NCBI GenBank assembly: GCA_013152275.1
Contig: JAADGS010000073.1
Coordinates: forward strand, 62,001-84,779
DNA length: 22,779 nt
Source of the DNA: Actinomycetota bacterium
GTDB lineage: Bacteria > Actinomycetota > Acidimicrobiia > Spongiisociales > UBA4744
Reading direction: 5' to 3'
The notes under the pieces: model-generated
Databases searched by the model: none
Told to the model about the DNA's origin: nothing
What the model saw: the letters and a program-made list of their open reading frames with translations, nothing else
In this document: positions 10,150 through 17,234 of the stretch, piece by piece
How the letters are laid out: the number at the start of each line of letters is the position of its first letter
Numbering within the stretch: position 1 is the first letter of the stretch
Made by a program: the position numbers and the translations under genes

Positions 10150-11571
10150 ATGAGACGATGGACGAAGCCGGTGATCGTGATCGCAGTGTTTGCACTCATC
10201 GCCGTTGCGTGTTCGCAGGGCGAGACTGCTACAACGACCACGGCAGCACCGGTTACCACGGCAGCACCGGTCACGACGGCGGCACCGGGAACGACGGCGG
10301 CACCGGGAACGACGGCGGCACCCGAGCCGGAAGTGAAGTTCGACGTGGGCGTGACCGCGGAGCCGTGTGAAGGCGGCAATCCCGATCGTGGCTGCATCTA
10401 CCTGGGCATCATCGATGATGAAACGGGTCCGTTCGCGGCGACCGCACCGGCACTCGTCGGTGGCCAGAAGGCTTTCTGGGCAACGGTGAACGCCACCGGT
10501 GGAATCAGCGGTGCCTATGACGTTGCCATTCCCGACAATCTCGTGAAGGACGGCCAGTACAAGCCGGACGTCACGGTCCAGCAATACACCCAGATGGCCG
10601 ATTCGATCGCCGCGCTCGCCATGCTCCTCGGTACACCGCAGGGCATCGCCACGCTCGATTCGATGAAGGCCGACAACACGATCGCTGCGCCGATGACGTG
10701 GTGGTCGGGTTGGGACTTCGACAGTACCGACTATGGACTGGTTCTCGAGTTCGGCACCAACTACTGCTTCGAGGCCATGAATGCCGTGGACTGGGCTACC
10801 CAGGCGGTACCTGCCGCCGGCCGTTCGGCGGTCGCCAGTGTGGGCATCGTCAAGTTCCCGGGCGATTACGGTGACGACTATGCAGCGGGAGTGGCCAAGG
10901 CTGCAGCGGCGGATGGCCTGAACGTGGCGTGGGAGCAAGTGATCATCCCGGCATCTGCGGGCGGTGATCCGACCCAGGCAGAAGCAGTCGCCAAGATCGT
11001 CAGCGATCCGGTCGATGTCGTGTTCGTCGTCTCCGGACCGAACGAACTGGCTGCGGTCGTCGCCGGTGCAGCTCAGAATCTCGGCGAGAAGGTGCCGATC
11101 TTCATCGGTGCATCTCCGACATGGAACCCGGGCTTGCTCAAGACGGCTGCGGCTCCCGCGTTCGAATCCGGGATCTACTTCCAGTCAGGGCCCTTCGGGC
11201 CGTGGGGGTACGACTCGCCCGGTCACGAGAAGATGCGTACGGCACTTGGTGATGTGCCGGGCAACTTCTTCTTCGTGGCAGGATGGGCATCCCAGTATGC
11301 GCTCAAGGCGGCATTCGAAGCCGCGTATGCGGCCGGCGATCTGACCAAGGCGGGGATCTACGCAGCGGCGCAGAGCCTCACCGACGTCGACTACGACGGC
11401 ATGATGCCGGCCCGCTCGTTCGCGGGCTCGCCAAATGACGTGTTCCCCCGTGAATCGTTGATCTCGGGTATCGACACGACGGCGGTGGACGGTGTCAGCG
11501 TGGTCAAGGACTTCTTCGTAGGTCCGACCGCAGCCAAATACGACTTCACCGAACCCTGCGCAAAGCCGTAG
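10150..11571 (+). CDS. ABC substrate-binding lipoprotein (type I periplasmic-binding fold, LivK-like)
   Basis: GGGAGG RBS before ATG 10150. Lipobox-type signal (…LIAVA-C). Thr/Ala/Pro linker, then D.TGPFA, VNATGGI, GDYGDD. Confidence 0.85.
   Translation: MRRWTKPVIVIAVFALIAVACSQGETATTTTAAPVTTAAPVTTAAPGTTAAPGTTAAPEPEVKFDVGVTAEPCEGGNPDRGCIYLGIIDDETGPFAATAPALVGGQKAFWATVNATGGISGAYDVAIPDNLVKDGQYKPDVTVQQYTQMADSIAALAMLLGTPQGIATLDSMKADNTIAAPMTWWSGWDFDSTDYGLVLEFGTNYCFEAMNAVDWATQAVPAAGRSAVASVGIVKFPGDYGDDYAAGVAKAAAADGLNVAWEQVIIPASAGGDPTQAEAVAKIVSDPVDVVFVVSGPNELAAVVAGAAQNLGEKVPIFIGASPTWNPGLLKTAAAPAFESGIYFQSGPFGPWGYDSPGHEKMRTALGDVPGNFFFVAGWASQYALKAAFEAAYAAGDLTKAGIYAAAQSLTDVDYDGMMPARSFAGSPNDVFPRESLISGIDTTAVDGVSVVKDFFVGPTAAKYDFTEPCAKP
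10237..10326 (+). repeat. Five 18-bp tandem units encoding TTAAP(V/G/E)
   Basis: ACCACGGCAGCACCGGT(T/C) x2, ACGACGGCGGCACCGGGA x2, ACGACGGCGGCACCCGAG. Confidence 0.9.
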
Positions 11572-11587
11572 GGCAGAACGCACGATC

Positions 11588-11615
11588 GAGGGGCGGCCCG
11601 ACGGGGCCGCCCCTC
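11588..11615. terminator. Stem-loop terminator between convergent SBP and bioY genes
   Basis: Perfect 12-bp inverted repeat GAGGGGCGGCCC-gacg-GGGCCGCCCCTC; no strong U-tract. Confidence 0.75.
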
Positions 11616-11658
11616 TGTCGTCTGCTGCTCTCCCCGCCGGCCGCGGGTAGCCCCTGTG

Positions 11659-12201
11659 TCAGAGTCGGGGGACGGGCACCAACCCGGCGAGCAACGCCTT
11701 GAGGGCATCGCCGATGAGGAAGGGGAAGAGGCCCAACGCCAAGGCATGGCCGAGGCCGATTCCGAGAGCGTACGCCAGCCAGGCGACACCGAAGATGTAG
11801 ATGATGGCGGTTCCGGCAAGCGCGGCCGGAATGCCGAAAAGGAGCCCGGGTTGCCTCGTCCGTAGCCTGCCCACGATCGCTGCAGCGGCGATGAATCCGA
11901 CCAGATACCCGAGCGTGGGACCTGTGACGTACGACCAGCCGCCCTGTCCACCTTGGAAGACCGGCAGTCCGACGGCTCCTGCAGCGACGTAGAGTGCCTG
12001 ACTCGCCGCTCCTGCCCGGGTACCGAGGGCCAGTCCGGCGAGCAGCACGGCGAAGGTCTGGCCGGTAATCGGCACCGGCGTGAAGAACAAAGGTATCCGC
12101 ACCTGTGCGAGAACGGCGGTGAGCGCGGCGAAGGCGACGACGAGTGCCACCGTCAGCACTCGACTACGTGGCAGGATGCGGGAAGATACGAGGGTCGACA
12201 A
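11659..12201 (-). CDS. bioY: Biotin transporter BioY (ECF S-component)
   Basis: PVPITGQTFAVLLAG, GLPVF.GG.GG, GPTLGYLVGF, PFLIGDALK. TTG at 12201 follows GGAG; the ORF extends to ATG 12231. Confidence 0.92.
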   Translation of the reverse strand: MSTLVSSRILPRSRVLTVALVVAFAALTAVLAQVRIPLFFTPVPITGQTFAVLLAGLALGTRAGAASQALYVAAGAVGLPVFQGGQGGWSYVTGPTLGYLVGFIAAAAIVGRLRTRQPGLLFGIPAALAGTAIIYIFGVAWLAYALGIGLGHALALGLFPFLIGDALKALLAGLVPVPRL

Positions 12202-12264
12202 GGTCCGGCTCCAGGGTTGGTGACGGCTCATCCGACCCTGTGCGCGGAGCGGAGGTTACGAACA

Positions 12265-13458
12265 ATGCGGTTGCGAGCACTGCCGGCGTTGGTGGCGATC
12301 ATCGCTGCCGCGTGTACGCCGACCCAAGTCACCACGACCGCGACTTCGTCTCTTCTCCCGCCGCCGACCACGACAACGACCACGGCGCCCACCTTCCTGA
12401 CCGGTGTGGGAGTCGGCGATGACACGGTTCGTCTTGCCGCCTTCTTGCCGTTGAGCGGTTCTCTTGCCGGAATCGGGGAGTCGATCCTCGAAGGGCACCG
12501 GGCGTATTGGCGGTATGTGAACGACGACCTGGGCGGTGTCGCCGGACGATTCATCGTCACGCTCGATGAGGTCGACACCGCGTACGACCCGGTGTCCGCC
12601 GTCAGCGAACTCGCGGCACGTGAAGACTCGATCCTTGGGATTTCCGCCATGCTCGGCAGTCCGATCACGCGGGCGCTCTTGGACGCGGACTCGACCATGC
12701 CGATCATGGTCGGATCGCAGGCGGTCTTGTGGGCGAAGCACCACAATGCGATGTACGACCTGGCGGTGCCCACGTATCGGGATCAGGTCTCTGTCCTCTG
12801 GGATCTTGCGGTCGACGCTGCCGGTGACCCGTCCGACGTGGGGTTCGTTGCACCAGTCGATCTCTATGGCGACGACTGCCTCGCAGGCGTGGGCACGCAG
12901 CCGCAGATCATGTCTCGTTACGCCCCCGGTACGACCGACTTCGAGGGTGTCATCAAAGACCTCGACGGCGCGAAGGCGCTTGTGGCGTGTGTTACGAGCG
13001 CCGACCTCGTGCGCATCATCGCGACCGGCAATCTGCTCGGGAGCACACCGGCGATCTACGCGACGGGCCTGTCGTATGACCCGACGGTCCTCGATGCGCT
13101 CGGGAAGGTTCCGGAGGATCTCTGGATCGCAGGCGCACCACCCGCCTACGAAGCTGACGTTCCCGGGATGAAGCTGTTCCGCACGGTGACCGGCGAGATC
13201 GAGGACGTGAATGCCTGGACGTTCTTCGGGTACACGCAGGCCGCGACGTTCCACGTGTTGCTCGAACAGGCCGTCGACGACGGCACATTGACCAGGTCGG
13301 GTGTGCTGGCGGCCCGGGGCCGCGTTGGCGATGTCGACTTTGGGTACGGGTGGGGGCCGGCCGGCTTCGACAGCGGCGGGATCGTTCCGAAGGTGCCTGT
13401 CACGGTATCGGTTCCCGGCCCCGATGCGATCTTTGGCCTTCGTTCTCTCGACCGGTAG
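12265..13458 (+). CDS. Second ABC substrate-binding lipoprotein (LivK-like fold)
   Basis: GGAGG at 12251-12255. Lipobox (…IIAAA-C), Thr/Pro linker, LPLSG.LA, YVN…GGVAGR, DTAYDP, YGDD. Confidence 0.8.
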   Translation: MRLRALPALVAIIAAACTPTQVTTTATSSLLPPPTTTTTTAPTFLTGVGVGDDTVRLAAFLPLSGSLAGIGESILEGHRAYWRYVNDDLGGVAGRFIVTLDEVDTAYDPVSAVSELAAREDSILGISAMLGSPITRALLDADSTMPIMVGSQAVLWAKHHNAMYDLAVPTYRDQVSVLWDLAVDAAGDPSDVGFVAPVDLYGDDCLAGVGTQPQIMSRYAPGTTDFEGVIKDLDGAKALVACVTSADLVRIIATGNLLGSTPAIYATGLSYDPTVLDALGKVPEDLWIAGAPPAYEADVPGMKLFRTVTGEIEDVNAWTFFGYTQAATFHVLLEQAVDDGTLTRSGVLAARGRVGDVDFGYGWGPAGFDSGGIVPKVPVTVSVPGPDAIFGLRSLDR

Positions 13459-13529
13459 ATCAGGACGTTCTTCTATCCGGTCCTCCGGCTTCGGCTCCAG
13501 TTCTCGCAGGCTTTTGCCGATAGGTCGAT

Positions 13530-14054
13530 ATGCAGGCTGTCATCCTCGCTTTGGTACTGGCGTTGGCAACGCCCAGCTTCAGCCCTGCGATCACCGAGGT
13601 GCCCGCGAGAGCTCGCGTCGATGCCGTGACTCAGCAACTCGGGATCGTTACCGGACGTCTCGAGATTCCGGCGATCGACCTCGACGAGGTGATCCGAGAC
13701 GGTGTCGATCTGTCGGTCATCGATCGCGGTGTGGCCCACTGGTCGGGGACCGCGGATCCTGGCGGCGCCGGCAACATGGTGCTTGCCGGCCATCGAACGA
13801 TTCACTCGGCGCCGTTCCTCGATCTGGACAAGCTCGAGCCCGGAGATGAGATCTACGTCACGGGGATCGGAGGGCGCATCGCCACCTACCGGGTCGTCGA
13901 GACGCTGATCGTCACGCCTGCGGACATGTGGATCGTCGACCCGACCGACACGCCGATGCTCACGATATTCGCCTGCCATCCCAAACGGTCTGCTCGTCAA
14001 CGTATCGTCGTACGAGCCGAACTGGTCGATACGCCGGTCGTGCAGTTTCCCTGA
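13530..14054 (+). CDS. Sortase (class D/E-like)
   Basis: LEIPAID, GVAHW.GT..PG..GN.VLAGHRT (His), LTIFACHP (Cys), RIVVRAEL (Arg). N-terminal hydrophobic segment. Confidence 0.88.
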   Translation: MQAVILALVLALATPSFSPAITEVPARARVDAVTQQLGIVTGRLEIPAIDLDEVIRDGVDLSVIDRGVAHWSGTADPGGAGNMVLAGHRTIHSAPFLDLDKLEPGDEIYVTGIGGRIATYRVVETLIVTPADMWIVDPTDTPMLTIFACHPKRSARQRIVVRAELVDTPVVQFP

Positions 14055-14164
14055 GACGGTGCTGCGTACTTCGTAGTTTGTGTTTCGCAGTCGAGACGGT
14101 GTCGTTCTGCCGAGAGCGCTTCAACGGCTGCTGATCTGCCGGCCGGCAGTACTATTCGCCTCCC

Positions 14165-15196
14165 ATGATCGACTACCCGCAACAGAGAGCGCCGCGGTGG
14201 CCGTACGTTGCCGTCGGTGTACTGACAGGTTTGCTCATGCTGGCGGTGGTCGCCTGGAGCGTGACGTTGCCCTATGTCGCATGGTCGCCGGGACCGGTGC
14301 CCGAGGTCGTCAGCCTCATCACGGTCGAAGGCGCCCCGACCTATCCGGTGCGAGGCAACCTGTACATGCTCACGGTATCCCAGCAGGATATCAACGCATA
14401 TGAGCTGCTCGCCGCGTGGGCGGATCCGACGGTCGATGTGCTCGACCGTGACGTGGTTCGCCCGGTCGGCCAGTCACCGGAGGAGTACCAGCGGGTCGCG
14501 CAGCATGACATGCTCGAGTCCAAGAACACGGCAATCCTCGTGGCACTCGACCGTCTCGGCTACGACGTCACCTACAAGGGGGATGGTGTCGAGGTGGCGA
14601 CGATCCTGAAGGGGACTCCTGCCGACGGCGCCCTCGAAATCGGTGATGTGATCACGGCGATCAACGGCAAACCGGTCGAGCTCGCCAGAGACGCCGTGGC
14701 GCTGATCACTTCATACGCGATCGGCGACACGATCACGCTCACCGTCGAACGCGGCGGCCAGACGATCGATGTGCCGATCACGCTGGTGGAGCACACGCAG
14801 GAGAAAGGCCGGCCGATGGTCGGGTTCGGGGCCGTCACCCACAACCTGACGTACGACTTCCCGATCGAGGTCGATATCGATTCGACCAACATCGGTGGGC
14901 CTTCTGCGGGCATGATGTACACGCTGGCGGTCTTGGACGTGCTGACCCCCGACGACATCACGAAAGGGCACAGGATCGCCGGAACAGGGACCATCGCGTC
15001 AGACGGGACCGTCGGACCGATCGGCGGGATCCGTCAGAAAGTCGAGGGTGCAGAGGCTGCCGGGGCAGAGTACATCCTCGTTCCGAAGGCCAACTATGAA
15101 GAGGCGCTGACTGCACCTGTGAAGGGCGTGAAAATCGTCCCGGTGCAGAACATCGACGATGCGCTTGCGTTCTTGTCGGGCCTCCCGAACGCCTAA
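14165..15196 (+). CDS. Membrane-anchored PDZ-domain Lon-like (S16) protease, YlbL/Rv3194c-like
   Basis: N-terminal TM helix, PG motif, PDZ segment (TPADGALEIGDVITAING), catalytic Ser GGPSAG, IAGTGTI, Lys in IGGIRQK. Confidence 0.9.
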   Translation: MIDYPQQRAPRWPYVAVGVLTGLLMLAVVAWSVTLPYVAWSPGPVPEVVSLITVEGAPTYPVRGNLYMLTVSQQDINAYELLAAWADPTVDVLDRDVVRPVGQSPEEYQRVAQHDMLESKNTAILVALDRLGYDVTYKGDGVEVATILKGTPADGALEIGDVITAINGKPVELARDAVALITSYAIGDTITLTVERGGQTIDVPITLVEHTQEKGRPMVGFGAVTHNLTYDFPIEVDIDSTNIGGPSAGMMYTLAVLDVLTPDDITKGHRIAGTGTIASDGTVGPIGGIRQKVEGAEAAGAEYILVPKANYEEALTAPVKGVKIVPVQNIDDALAFLSGLPNA

Positions 15197-15222
15197 AGCT
15201 CAGATCCGGAGATCGGGCACGG

Positions 15223-15228
15223 TATCGT
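15223..15228 (+). promoter_or_regulatory. Candidate -10 box of a leaderless transcript for the DivIVA gene
   Basis: TATCGT ends 7 nt before ATG 15236; no SD sequence. Confidence 0.5.
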
Positions 15229-15235
15229 TGGCATC

Positions 15236-17206
15236 ATGGCTGGCTCGCTACGCCCGGAAGACGTCACCGCCAAGTCGTTCAAGTCCGGATGGCGGGGCTA
15301 CGAAACGGGTGCCGTCGATGCGTTCCTCCGTGAGGTCTTCGCAACGCTGACCGCTCTGCAGAGTGAGAACGAGCAGTTCCGTGACCGGCTTCGCAGACTT
15401 GGCGACCGTGACCTTCATGCGGAGTTCGATCAGGTGTCCGCCGAGGTTGGCGAGCTACTCCAGAGTGCAAGGGAAACCGCCGAAGGGATGCGATTCAGAG
15501 CCTCGGTCGACGCGGAGCAGATCGTTGGTGAGGCCCGCGACGACGCGGTGAAGGTTCGCCAGGACGCGTGGAACGAAGGTTCGGCGCTGCTCGAAGCATG
15601 CCAGGAGGAGGCCGACGCGCTCGTAGAAAGGGCCAAACGCGACTCCCTGGCGATCATCAGCGATGCAGAGCGTGACGCTCACCGAATTGCCGTCAAGGCG
15701 CGCAAGGACTCCGAAGAGACGATCCGAGGAGCCAAGGTGCAGGCCGATCAGCTCGTCGTCGACGCCCGTTTGCACCGTGACGAGCTGATCCGTGAAGGCG
15801 AAGCCGAGAGAGCAGCGGCCCAGGAGAGGGTTGCGGTCCTCATGCAGCGTCGAACTGAGCTGCTCGCAGAGATCGAATCGCTGCAGTCCAAGATCAATGA
15901 ACTCCGTGCCGAGCTCGAGGAACGGCGTGCCGAGATCGGAAAAGCTCGAGCAGCAGATATCTCCAGTGTGAAGGTGCTGCCCGGCCCTGTTGGCAGGGGA
16001 GATGCAGAGACGTCACGGACGTCCGAGGCTCGGCACGGCGACGGAGAGACATCACAGACCGGCGAAGGCTGGCACGAAGGTGAGGATACGGTTCGCATCG
16101 TTCGACCACCGAGACGTTTGAAAACGCCGACCGGAGAAATCGATGCGGAGGCGATGGCCGCGGAGGTGCGAAAGCTTCGCCAACCGCCCGAACCGAAGCA
16201 ACCGGAACCGATCGTAGAGACTGCCGAGATCGTAGAGACCGTCGAGACCGTCGAGACCGTAGAGACTGCCGGGACCGTCGAGATCGTAGAGACTGCCGGG
16301 ACCGTCGAGACCGTAGAGACCGTCGAGACTGCCGGGACCGTCGAGACCGCACCAACTTCCGAAGTGCCGGTACCACCAGAGGCGTCCGAGGTCACGCCGG
16401 TCGGTGAGGAAACCACGGGCGTGTCGGCCGGGATCGACGAGTTGTTCGCCAGGCTTCGCTCGGAGTCGGAGACCGCACCCCAGGTCGACCAGGCGGCGAA
16501 GGAGATTCCTGCCCGTCCGAAGCCGGCGGAGCCTTCCATACAGCTCGAGCAGGAGGCACGCTCGGTGCCCACGATCGATCCGTTCGAGTTGCGGGACCGT
16601 CTCCTCTTGCCCATCACCAACAAGACCCTTCGGACGTTGAAGCGGAGCCTCACCGAAGCGCAGAACATTGCTCTCGATGAGCTGCGGGTTCAAGAGGCCG
16701 CGTGGAAGCCGGACCTCGACAGGCTCGAGGTGGCGATCACCGGTGACCTCGAGGAACTGCTGCGCCGTGCCGTGTCGGCGGGGTGGGCCGGCGCCGGGCG
16801 GCTCCTCGAGAGCGAGATCGAAGAGGCCGACGTGCACATCGAGAGTTCCGCAGGGCACGACTTTGCGGCAGCGATCACCGACGGTGTGCGCAGCGCCCTC
16901 GACGGTGCCGGCGAGGGACCGCGCCGACGCGCCGCCGCGATCTCCAGGGTCTACCGGGCGTGGCGGGTCGATGAGGCCGAACGACAGGTACGTTTGCTGG
17001 CCATCGGCGCCTATCACGACGGGCTGATCGGAGCGCTCGAGCAGGCCGGAGTGCAGCAGGTGCGGTGGGTGTTGACCGGCCGGGGATGTGTGACGTGCAG
17101 GGCACTTGCCGAGGCCGGTCCGGTCGAGCCGGGAGCAGCGTTCGCATCGGGCCCGAAACGGCCACCGGCGCACGAGTCGTGCGAGTGCACCCTTCTGCCC
17201 GTGTGA
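15236..17206 (+). CDS. DivIVA-domain coiled-coil protein with C-terminal MuF/gp7-like Cys/His domain
   Basis: N-terminus LRPEDVTAKSFKSGWRGYETGAVDAFL is the DivIVA motif. About 200 aa of A/E/R coiled coil, then an acidic Pro/Thr linker. C-terminus RW…CVTC…F.SG…PPAHESCECTLLPV. Confidence 0.85.
   Translation: MAGSLRPEDVTAKSFKSGWRGYETGAVDAFLREVFATLTALQSENEQFRDRLRRLGDRDLHAEFDQVSAEVGELLQSARETAEGMRFRASVDAEQIVGEARDDAVKVRQDAWNEGSALLEACQEEADALVERAKRDSLAIISDAERDAHRIAVKARKDSEETIRGAKVQADQLVVDARLHRDELIREGEAERAAAQERVAVLMQRRTELLAEIESLQSKINELRAELEERRAEIGKARAADISSVKVLPGPVGRGDAETSRTSEARHGDGETSQTGEGWHEGEDTVRIVRPPRRLKTPTGEIDAEAMAAEVRKLRQPPEPKQPEPIVETAEIVETVETVETVETAGTVEIVETAGTVETVETVETAGTVETAPTSEVPVPPEASEVTPVGEETTGVSAGIDELFARLRSESETAPQVDQAAKEIPARPKPAEPSIQLEQEARSVPTIDPFELRDRLLLPITNKTLRTLKRSLTEAQNIALDELRVQEAAWKPDLDRLEVAITGDLEELLRRAVSAGWAGAGRLLESEIEEADVHIESSAGHDFAAAITDGVRSALDGAGEGPRRRAAAISRVYRAWRVDEAERQVRLLAIGAYHDGLIGALEQAGVQQVRWVLTGRGCVTCRALAEAGPVEPGAAFASGPKRPPAHESCECTLLPV
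16217..16351 (+). repeat. Fifteen 9-bp tandem units encoding ETV/ETA/EIV/GTV
   Basis: Units GAGACCGTC, GAGACCGTA, GAGACTGCC, GGGACCGTC, GAGATCGTA and a terminal GAGACCGCA, all in frame. Confidence 0.92.
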
Positions 17207-17234
17207 TCTAATCCGCCGTTAGAGTGGAGGACAC

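Noticed and set aside
11953..12264. 104-aa N-terminal extension of the second SBP in the ORF track
   Set aside because: Overlaps bioY on the opposite strand; the RBS and signal peptide indicate a start at 12265.
16217..16351. Possible CRISPR or iteron array
   Set aside because: Contiguous 9-bp units without spacers, in frame within a CDS.
16740..17206. MuF-like domain as evidence of a prophage remnant at this position
   Set aside because: No portal, terminase or capsid genes adjacent; the domain is in frame with DivIVA and flanked by intact housekeeping-type genes.
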